From positions 1 through 64,000 of the IMG/VR virus record IMGVR_UViG_3300025012_000054: a stretch of 64,000 nt of DNA; one strand, given 5' to 3'. Each line of letters opens with the position of its first letter. Within the stretch, counting starts at the first letter, position 1. This DNA comes from a virus. Both the position numbers and the translations under genes were made by a program. The notes beneath the pieces were generated by a model. That model was not told the DNA's origin, made no database searches, and saw nothing but the letters and a program-made list of their open reading frames with translations. Of this stretch, positions 49,675-60,000 are shown in pieces.

Positions 49675-52600
49675 ATGAATAATTATATCAATTACCATTC
49701 ACATTCTCAGTACAGCAACATCTCAACGCCCGACTCGACGATATCTAATCGAGATCGGGCAGTTCGAGTTTCTGAATTGGGACAATCTGTGTTTTCTGCC
49801 TTAGAGCACGGTTGGAGTGGGCGCGTAATTGAGGCGATGGAATTATCCAAAGAATTTAATGTTAAGCCACTGCTGGGAACCGAATCTTATTTTGTTAAAG
49901 ACAGGTTGGAAAAAGATAAAACAAACGCCCACCTTATTCTGTTGGCAAAAAATGAAAACGGTAGAAAAGGCATTAATCGTATTTTAAGCGAAGCAAATAT
50001 TTCTGGGTTTTATTATAAAGCAAGAATCGATCTTGAACTTCTGTTTTCTCTGCCAAAAAACGATGTGTGGGTTACAACCGCATGTATAGGTGGCATTTGG
50101 AAATATGAAGATGCTGAAAACTTATTACTACAAATGCAAGAATATTTTCAAAACAACTTTTTCCTAGAAGTCCAGAACCACAGTGTGGAATCACAAAAAG
50201 AATTAAATAAAAAAATATTAGATTTATCTAATCGATATCGTATTCCTATTATTGCAGGAATGGATAGTCACATGATATATCCCAACCAGGCTAAAGAACG
50301 AGATGATTACCTGCTATCACGTGGTATTGAATATCCAGATGAAGAAAACTGGTTTTTAGACTTTCCTTCTTATGAAGAAGTTCTTCAAAGATTTCAGGAA
50401 CAAGATGTTCTCAACAAAGTTGAAATTGGTGAAGCATTAGAAAACACGTTGATATTTGAATCAGTTGAACCATATGATTCCATCATATTCGATCCAGAAA
50501 TTATCAAGTTACCCACACTTTATCCTGACAAAACCCAAGATGAAAAAAATAAAATCTTGGAAAGTTTGGTATGGCAACAATGGAATGTCGAAAAAAATAA
50601 TATTCCCTTAAGTAGTTGGGCTTATTATGAAGGTGAAATCAAAAAAGAATTAGATACGGTTTGTGTTACCAATATGTCTGACTATTTCTTGCTTGATTAT
50701 GAAATTATTAAAAAGGGTAAAGCAATGGGCGGACATATTACCCTTACAGGACGTGGATCTGCTCCGAGTTTCTACCTCTCGAAATTGTTGGAATTTACCA
50801 CCATTGATCGTATCGCTGCTACCGTCAAGTTATTCCCCGAAAGATTCATATCATCAGAACGCCTACTGGAAACCAAGAGTCTTCCCGATATCGATTTGAA
50901 CCTAGGCAATCCAGAAGTTTTTGCTCAGGCACAAACTGAAATCTTGGGCGATGGACACAGCTATCCCATGATTGCTTTTGGCACGGTAAAAGCCAGTAGC
51001 GCTTGGAAATTATATTCTCGTATTTCCAACATTGATTTTGAAACCGCCAATATTGTGTCTGAACAAATTCGTAAATATGATATGGATATCAAGCACACAG
51101 AAAGCGAAGAAGAAAAAGAATCAATCAATGTTTTAGACTATATTGATAAAAAATATCACGATGTTTTTACAGAAAGCGAAAAATATCTTGGGCTGGTAAA
51201 CAGCCTGACTCCGCATCCATGTGCCCATTTAATGTATTCACATGGAGACATCAGAGAAGAATTTGGATTGATTAAAATCAAGACCGGCAACGTCGAACAT
51301 ATCTGCGTGTGTTGTGACGGTTTATTTGCAGAAAATTATAAGTTGCTAAAAAACGACCTGCTGAAAGTCAGCGTAGTTGAACTGATTTACAACACATATC
51401 ATCGTATTGGTAAAGAACCTCATACTATTCCAGAACTATTAAAATTGTGTGAAAACGACAAAGCGGTTTGGGATGTGTATGCCAATGGTTGGACTAAGGG
51501 CATCAATCAATTTGAGCAAACAGGAACTCGCGGTAGAGCTACAAAATATAAGCCACAAAACATATCAGATTTATCTGCATTTGTAGCAGCCATTCGACCT
51601 GGTTTCAAATCAAATTATTTCTTATTTGAAAGTCGTGAGCCATTTACTTATGGCATCAAATCTCTTGATGATTTGATTCAGACACCAGAATTTCCATATA
51701 GCTTTATGCTGTATCAAGAAACCGCTATGCAGGTTATGGCTTATGCCGGAATTCCGATTTCTAAAACATATGAGATTATTAAAAATATTGCAAAAAAACG
51801 TGTAGAAAAAGTCAAGAAATATAAAGATCAGTTTGTTGCCGGTATGAAAAAGAAATTAATTGAAAATGAAAATGCGGACGCCAAAGAAGCAAAACGTATT
51901 GCGGATATGACTTGGCAGATTATCAACGACAGTAGTGCCTATAGTTTTAATGCCAGCCATTCTTATAGCGTGGCAGGAGACAGTCTTTACGGTGCATATC
52001 TCAAGGCACATTATCCGATGGAATTTTATGAAGTATTCCTAAATATTCTTGAAGCCGATTCGGATAAAGACAGATTGTTCGAAGTCAAACTTGAGGCACA
52101 AGAAGCCTTTGGTATAAAGTTTCCATCTCTACAATTTGGTCAGGATAATCGTAAAATCGTAGCAGATGTAGAAAATAAAAGTATCACACAATCCCTGAAA
52201 ACTTTGAAGGGATTTGGAAATACAGTAGGCGATAGTTTTTATCAGTTGTCGCAAGTTTTTACCGATGGTGATTTTCTCGATCTGCTTATATTTGCAGAAG
52301 AAAACGATTATCTTTCTTCTAAATGGGCAACCCTGATAAAAATTAATTACTTCCAAAATTTTGGACACAATGGCAAATTGTTAAATATGTATAATGCATT
52401 TACAACTGGCGAAAATAAATATCAAAAGACCTATGTGGAAAAAACTAAAATTAAAAGACTAGATGCCCTCAAACAAATCTGGACGGAAACACCCAATTTA
52501 CGAATTCCTTTTTCTGATCAGTTGGCAAATGAGTTTGAAATACTGGGCACCATTCAATCCACCTATCCAGAACTTGATAGGAAATATGTTTATGTTAAAG

Positions 52601-52893
52601 AGTTAAAAATCCAGTTCGCAGACGATGGAAATCGTATTGCGCCAAGAATACAAATCTATGGGTTGCATAGTGGTAAACAAGCATCTTTAAAAATATATAA
52701 TAAAACTTATGACAACACGCCCTTTACGACTGGTGCTTTATTATATTGTAGAAATCTTGAAAGTCAATTTCCACAAAAAAAGATTGATGGGAAATTCGTA
52801 AAAGACACCCATGGAATACCACAATGGTGGATTACAAATTATAGTATCGTCAAACCAGAAGATCTGGATAAATTTTTAGAGGAGAAGAAATAA
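49675..52893 (+). CDS. dnaE: DNA polymerase III alpha subunit (family C)
   Basis: PHP domain HSHSQYS, EHG, HLILLAKN, DSH; GRGSA, PDIDL, KNDLL, RPG, LYQE, YSFNASHS..Y.KAHYP.EF. Confidence 0.95.
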   Translation: MNNYINYHSHSQYSNISTPDSTISNRDRAVRVSELGQSVFSALEHGWSGRVIEAMELSKEFNVKPLLGTESYFVKDRLEKDKTNAHLILLAKNENGRKGINRILSEANISGFYYKARIDLELLFSLPKNDVWVTTACIGGIWKYEDAENLLLQMQEYFQNNFFLEVQNHSVESQKELNKKILDLSNRYRIPIIAGMDSHMIYPNQAKERDDYLLSRGIEYPDEENWFLDFPSYEEVLQRFQEQDVLNKVEIGEALENTLIFESVEPYDSIIFDPEIIKLPTLYPDKTQDEKNKILESLVWQQWNVEKNNIPLSSWAYYEGEIKKELDTVCVTNMSDYFLLDYEIIKKGKAMGGHITLTGRGSAPSFYLSKLLEFTTIDRIAATVKLFPERFISSERLLETKSLPDIDLNLGNPEVFAQAQTEILGDGHSYPMIAFGTVKASSAWKLYSRISNIDFETANIVSEQIRKYDMDIKHTESEEEKESINVLDYIDKKYHDVFTESEKYLGLVNSLTPHPCAHLMYSHGDIREEFGLIKIKTGNVEHICVCCDGLFAENYKLLKNDLLKVSVVELIYNTYHRIGKEPHTIPELLKLCENDKAVWDVYANGWTKGINQFEQTGTRGRATKYKPQNISDLSAFVAAIRPGFKSNYFLFESREPFTYGIKSLDDLIQTPEFPYSFMLYQETAMQVMAYAGIPISKTYEIIKNIAKKRVEKVKKYKDQFVAGMKKKLIENENADAKEAKRIADMTWQIINDSSAYSFNASHSYSVAGDSLYGAYLKAHYPMEFYEVFLNILEADSDKDRLFEVKLEAQEAFGIKFPSLQFGQDNRKIVADVENKSITQSLKTLKGFGNTVGDSFYQLSQVFTDGDFLDLLIFAEENDYLSSKWATLIKINYFQNFGHNGKLLNMYNAFTTGENKYQKTYVEKTKIKRLDALKQIWTETPNLRIPFSDQLANEFEILGTIQSTYPELDRKYVYVKELKIQFADDGNRIAPRIQIYGLHSGKQASLKIYNKTYDNTPFTTGALLYCRNLESQFPQKKIDGKFVKDTHGIPQWWITNYSIVKPEDLDKFLEEKK

Positions 52894-53096
52894 TGGCAGA
52901 ATATCAATATCGATGTAAGGAATGTAAAACTGTTTTTACCGTTATAAAATCTATAACGGATGTAATTATTACATTTTGTCCCAGTTGTAAAAGCGATAAA
53001 GTACAGCAAAAATACTTTGCGCCTCATGTTCTGTATAAAGGAAAAGGTTTCTATAAAACAGATAATACCAAAAAGCCCTTGACAGAAACCGAATAA
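52893..53096 (+). CDS. FmdB-like zinc-ribbon protein
   Basis: YQYRCKEC...CPSC...YKGKGFYKTD. Confidence 0.82.
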   Translation: MAEYQYRCKECKTVFTVIKSITDVIITFCPSCKSDKVQQKYFAPHVLYKGKGFYKTDNTKKPLTETE

Positions 53097-53107
53097 TGTG
53101 GTAAACT
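53079..53107 (+). promoter_or_regulatory. sigma70-type promoter
   Basis: TTGACA (53079-53084), 17 bp ending TGTGG, TAAACT (53102-53107). Confidence 0.78.
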
Positions 53108-53531
53108 TTAGATAATAAAATAAGACTTTTATGTGGAGGAAAATGAAAGCAGACGACATTAAACTAAAATATGATTCTATGGAAGAACTAATGGCTGATA
53201 TGAATAATCTCATTGCCATGGGATTTGCCGAAGAAGTTGAAGATCCCAAGACCGGTAAGCCAGGTTATCGCATCACCCCTGCTGGTATCAAGATGTTTCA
53301 ATATTATCAGCAACTACAATCAGGGAAACTAAATTGAAAAAGGATTTTCGAGATAAGGTATTTCAGAAATTGGCTCATAAATTTCCATTGCGCCTGATTT
53401 GGTTCTGCATGTTCGAAGCCCTATCTATGCATCAACGCTTGACAAAGAATGCCAAGCTACCTAGTCAAGTCGGTATGATAGAAGCGATTCATCGCTTAGA
53501 TGAAAAGCGCTTCGATGAGTGGGAATAAATC

Positions 53532-53993
53532 ATGGACATAAAATCGGGCAACGGATACCCTTCTTCTGCTCTATCAAATTTTGCTCCCCATCCATTCGAA
53601 ATCGATGGTGTTAAGTGCTCAAGCATGGAAGGATTTTTACAATCGCTAAAATTTGAAAATCCAGAAATGCAAAAACACGTTTGCACACTCGTGGGGATGC
53701 AGGCAAAATATAAAGGCAAAGATAAGAAATGGTGGAAAACTCAAACTCTCTGGTGGCAAGGCAAAGAAATTGATAGGCACAGCCAAGAGTACCAAGACCT
53801 GCTGGACAGAGCATATAACGAGATTTCTAAAAACACCGGTTTCCAACGTGCTTTGTTGGCTACAAAGGATTCATCCATTACTCATTCTATAGGAAAGTCA
53901 GATGCCAGTCACACAGTCTTGACACAACGAGAATTTTGTGGTAGACTTGAAAAGATAAGAAAAATCCTACAGGATAAAACTAGCGTTTCATGA
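53532..53993 (+). CDS. T4 gp30.3-like protein (NADAR superfamily)
   Basis: DIKS...YPSSALSNFAPHPF.IDG....SMEGFLQSLK...TLWWQG....R.S..YQ.L..AY...F..ALLAT....H. Confidence 0.8.
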   Translation: MDIKSGNGYPSSALSNFAPHPFEIDGVKCSSMEGFLQSLKFENPEMQKHVCTLVGMQAKYKGKDKKWWKTQTLWWQGKEIDRHSQEYQDLLDRAYNEISKNTGFQRALLATKDSSITHSIGKSDASHTVLTQREFCGRLEKIRKILQDKTSVS

Positions 53994-54002
53994 GGTGAAA
54001 AT

Positions 54003-57000
54003 ATGAGATACGCACAAATTCATTCAGGAAATAAACTACATTTAGTCTATGAGCCAGGCGAAGGCGTTGATGATCAGCACCTTGTAAAAGCGGGGTATGT
54101 ATCTGCCCCTCTTTGCGGACAAAAATTCGAGGGCAATTATCGAATGACTATTAATGTTCCTCTTGCCCATGCTTGTAAAAGATGTTTAAAAGTTTATAAT
54201 AAAAGGAATCTTTTATCATGACTGATGACGGAAGTTTGAAATTTGCAATGGTGTTGTGGCTAGACAAACATGATGATCTACTCGAATATGAGGATGTTGA
54301 TATCGTAACCGAAAGCGAATGCGTAAACGAATATTTAGAAATTGAATACGACATTGTTCCTCTGCTAAAAGAATCTCCCGTTATAAAAGATTTGGCTGAT
54401 GGAAAATGGCGTGTTTATATTGAAGGAGAAATGTTTTTTAGTCATGATGATTATCCCGAAGGCGGAACAGAATATGATTACAACACCACGATAAATCTTA
54501 TTACGCCCGAAAAGACTGATGGTTGGATATAATAAAATGATGGTTCTATGTGGTATGGAGTAGTTATGGACAAACTATTTTGGAAATATGACAAAAACTT
54601 AAAGGCATATATCATTTATTATGACAAGCCCTGGCCAAAACCATATGCTGGCGACATTACGGAAGTCTGGCGATTAGCGATGGAGCCAAACCGCTTTAAC
54701 GAACTTACCGTGGACGAAATTGTTCAAGCGCTTAATCACTATAAAATGGTAGTTTCATAATGTGCAATATGTTGACTATTAACGTCATATTTAGGCAATA
54801 AAAGTCAATATGTTGTACGTTATTCGGAGGAATAAAAAATGAATATATGCAGTTGCGATGAATTTAAGAAGAATATGCCAAGAATAGACGGAGCGGTTTC
54901 TAATGCTTGGATTCATGGCTATGAATTGGGAAAAGAATTCGTGTATTTCCGTTATTGCCCATGGTGTAGTAAAAAGATGGTTGATGTATATGTAGGGGAT
55001 AGTGATCATGAGCACGACGATAGGATATTATAATGCCATATGTTAAAAAAGAATTAGACAAGTTACAAGATCATGTTTCTGATTTTGGCTGGGAATTAAA
55101 TTCAGTAGAGTTTGACTTAGATATGCTGCCCGACATCGAAGAACCTTCTGAAATGGAGTTGGCTGAAGCCGACGAGGTAGCGTTGTCATATGCGATTTCG
55201 GCATATTTTAGAAATCATTTTATCGGCTATGACAATAAAGGCGAGCCTAAATGGAATATAGGCAAGAAAAAACAAGCACTATTAAGAAAATTTAGTTAAT
55301 AAAAGCAATGTTTTATGAGGTAAAATATGATTAAATATTTCCACGAATTATCAATAGAAGAATTCGACGAGTTGGTTAAGTCAGGAATGACTTGGAGCGA
55401 ATGTGCTGAAAAATATCCTGCGCCAGAGTGGTGTAGCTATCCCCAAGCAGTTTTAGGCGATTTTGGATGTTGGTCACTCATGTCATTCAAAATAAAAAAC
55501 AGACGGAACTGTATGCTGTGTGAGCATTATATAAAAGTTAATAAAAGATAATTTCATGAGGAAGAAAAATGAAACGTGATAAAAACTGGTGGGCTAAATT
55601 TTCCAAAGAAGAACGATACACAATTTGGTGGTTCGAAAAAAACCAATATAAATCCGCAGGACTTGGTGGAGGTGGATATCTACCTTACGATTGTGGCGAA
55701 TGTGCTGTTTGCGGAAACACTTGCTATATGTATAGTCCTTGCCAAGACTGTTCAAATGAATATGATGCGTTAATTAATAGATCATAAAAGTACAATCTTA
55801 ATGAGGTGCTATGAATAAGGGATATCTTGCTGATCAAAAAACCATGGATATTTGGAACAATATTTTAGATTATAAAAAAGATATGGGTGACGTATCCATA
55901 CAATATCGAAGAACTTGGAATTCGTTTTGCCAAAATCTCATTCACAACGGTAAGAGAGTTGGATGCATTTATATTTTTGGGCTACAAGTAAATCCTCTTG
56001 ATAATCGATTTCATGGATATGTAGCCAGATTTTATATCAACAAAGAATTTAGGCACAGCGGATATGCTTTACAAATGATGCATGACATCATCGCGCATTT
56101 TGGTTTTTGTGTTTTGCACATGACTTCGGTAAGTCCAAACAGAATTGATGGTCTTGCTGATGACAACAGAGAAGAATATCGAAATCGACTTTATAAATTT
56201 TATGAACATTTTGGATTCAAGAGAACCAGCACAACTGCAACCGGAATGATTAGACAATGAAATTTAGATTCTATGAGGTAAAAATGGAAAAGACGTTTAC
56301 ATTAGAAGAAATTAAAAAGGCGTTCTGGCTGGAATTTCATGAAAGTGGAGAACTGTGGTTTCCGTATAGGCATGATGAAGATGATGCCGAAGGAATAAGG
56401 GAAGGCGAACAAGTAACCGAGGAATTTTGGAAAGAGTTTGTTGATTACCTAAGCGTCGATCATCAACAGGACAATGAAATTTAATTTCATCTTGACAGAA
56501 TCGAGATAATGTGGTATAGTTAGTTAATGAAAGGATGATCAATGGATGATTTTGAAAAAGAATTTTATCAGCGCCTAACAAACGATATTGACACATCGTT
56601 ATTGTCTGGATTTGCTACCACATCTGCCGCTGAACCAACGGCTACTCTTACAAAAGATGATTGGTTAAAACTAGTAGAAGATTTTCATAATAAGTATCCT
56701 AAAATGTTAGACGGCATCTATGTTACTACATACGATGTTTTACCAACCAATACCGAAATATATGAAGTGGAAACATTGGATCATAAAAAATATATGTTGA
56801 TGCATTCCGGTGTTTGGGAAAAATTGCTTGAAACACCAGGTATAGTAAAAGAATGGTTGGGGTATCCCACCATGTACGGTATTCCGGTTAAACTCAACGA
56901 CCCCGAACTGATAAAAATTTGGATGGATATTGTTGAAAGAAATTATAATAAGGTGGTTAGCCATGGAGCATGAAGACAAATTTAAAAATCTGAGAAATAG

Positions 57001-60000
57001 TATCGTTGATTTTAAATATATAAGCGCGGAAGAAGCACTAAGCCGTATCATTCTATTATGCGGAGAGGAAGAAGTTATTAATTATTTTTGGACATATTAT
57101 GGACAAAAATTTTTACCGTTTAGCTTCGAAACCTTTCTCGACGAAAATCAGCAACATAAAAGGACTATTTTATGAAGGATATGAAACTATCTACTTTGGA
57201 TAAGATTCTTATGTGGCTTGAAGATATTGCAAGATATATTTATCGCATATCCTGGAAATTATTACATTTGAAATTATATCGAGATCCCGAACAATATGTG
57301 CCAAAAAATACTATCTACTGCTATGAATATACGGGAAACATCGTAACAAAAAATCATATGGCTAGTTTTGGTAAATTAATAGAAAGCAATCCATATCAAA
57401 TGCCAGAAACCAAACCCTGCGTCTTTCATAATTTTTTATGGCACATGGATATCTGTATGCTAGATGGTGGCGACTGTATGATGGATAGTTGTAAGACTTG
57501 TGGTATTAGCGAAGGATGGGAAGATGAGATTCCCAATGATGTTTCTATGCAGGCTATCCAGGAAGCAGACGCAGGGATTGGAACTACTACCGTACACAGC
57601 GTTGACGAACTAATAAAAGCGATGGAGGATTAGAAGATGAATAAGGCGAAATATTTTTTAATCAATGGCGAAAACGTTATTGGTATTGTTTACGAAGATG
57701 AAAAATATGGTAGGACATTGATGATCAGAGAAAACCTTGATCCTAACTTTTCTCTCAAGATTTCAGATATTTTTGGTAATTTCGTTGACGATATTGACCT
57801 GATGAATTTTATCAGTAGTATGGTTCCACAATAGAAGGATAAACCTATGGATTTTTTAGACATCAAAGATGTAGACAGTCTGATACATGCGCTTCAAGTT
57901 CGCCGTCAGCAATATGGTAATCTTCCTGTTCGTATATGTCTGAGCGGAAATACAGAAGAAGGCGATTACGACATTGATGCCGTTCTTTACAGCACAGACG
58001 AAGATGGCGATAAATCAATCGATTTGATTATATGGTAGCGTCTTGATAAAACGTGGATTTCATTATATAAAAAAGGAGAATAAAATGAAAAAACAAAAAG
58101 TAATTGCCACTAAGAATTTTGGTGCTCGTAGCCCCATACTAATGACAGCAGTTGCATATTTATTTCTAGATAAGTTTAATGCTGTTGGATGGGTGTGGGG
58201 AGTTGTTGCCACTTTATTTGTAATACTTTGGATTGGATATTTTGTTACTCTCGCTACAAGTGATCCGGTGGATATTTTTGAAGATAAAAAACCTACATAA
58301 TAAAACACGAATTTTATTATAACGTAAAGGAGAAATAGATATGGGAGCAGATACGGATAGTGGTAATTGCAATATCGATGTAGAATTAGAGAAATTTGCT
58401 GAGTCGCAAGAAGTACGTTTCAAAGAGTTTTTTGACTTTTTATCAGAAGAAAGAATTGTTACTAACAAAGACGTTGCCCTTGAATGGATTTTAGATATTG
58501 GTGTTGACTATGATGGAAAAAGATCTCCAGAAGATTTGATGCAACTAATAGATGAATTACTCGCCTATGCAAAAATAGCATTAGAGAAACCTGAATGAAT
58601 GTTCCGATATGTTTCAAATGCAATTTGAGAATACCTGATTATAAATACCAGATGATACCATTGGAACGACCATATATGAATTTATTTTTTCATATTGATT
58701 GCTACAGACAGATTGAAAATATGGATGATTATTTGAAAGAAAATTCTGAAAGGATATTTGATTATGGGCAACCTACAGGTAAAAGCAATAAGAAGTAGAG
58801 AAAAGAAAAAGATTATTCTTCCCTGGATATTATACGATATTCAATTATTCTTTCGTAGAGTCATACAATTCTTCAAATGGATGCCTACGATTTGGGGAGA
58901 CGTCCAGTGGGATCACTCTTCTATTTTCGACTTGCTACAAAAGAAATTAGAATTAATGCACGAATTTTATTCCGGCGATATTCCTCATATTGCAGATAAA
59001 GATGATGTAGCCCAGGAGATAGAAGACGTGATTGTTATTCTTAGGCGCATCCGAGATAATAGATACCTTCTAGTTGCGTTGGAAGACTTTGACAAAAAAT
59101 ATCCTGATTACAATTGGAATCATTGGATGGACGAAGATGAAAACGGTTATTTGAGAATGGATAAAGATGACGCAGCCGATCAAAAGAAAATGAAGAATAA
59201 AGCATATCGACTATCTGACAAGATGGAAAAAGAAGATTTAGATAACTTATTTATTCTTTTGCGCAAGAATATTCAAAATTGGTGGGACTAGATAAAAGAT
59301 TACTTTCATGAGGTGAATATTGAATAAAAATTCCAACAAATTAAATTTAGATCAATATTATACATCTGAAGAAACTGCCTCCTATTGTCTATCTGTTGCT
59401 CGTAAAGTTCTCAAAAACGAAAAAATCTCGGAAGTAATTGAACCATCTGCTGGCAATGGAGTGTTTAGTAAAAAAATTAAAAATTGTATTGCATATGACA
59501 TTGATCCAAAAGATGAATCTATCCTTCAACAAGATTTTTTACAACTGAACATGCCGTATAAAACAGGCAGACTTTTTATAGGAAATCCTCCTTTTGGCAC
59601 TAGAAATACATTATCTGTAAAATTTTTTAAAAAGTGTATCCAATTAGGTGATTACGTGGCTTTTATTTTACCCATCAGTCAATTAAACAATACTCAACAA
59701 ATGTATGAATTTGATTTAATACACAGCGAAGATTTGGGCGATAAATTTTATACAGATAGGAATCTGCATTGTTGTTTTAATATCTACAAAAAACCAGGCA
59801 ATGGAAATAACCAAAAGAAAAAATACCAGTTCAAGGATTTTAAAGTTACAGAATATCGCCGAGGAGGAAGTTATAAGAAACCAGAAAATTATGACATTGG
59901 GTTTTGTGCTTGGGGACATTTAGGGAAAAAGATAGATTTTGTAGGACAATACGCACAAGAATTATATGTTATTGTATACAATGATAAGTTTAAATCAAAG

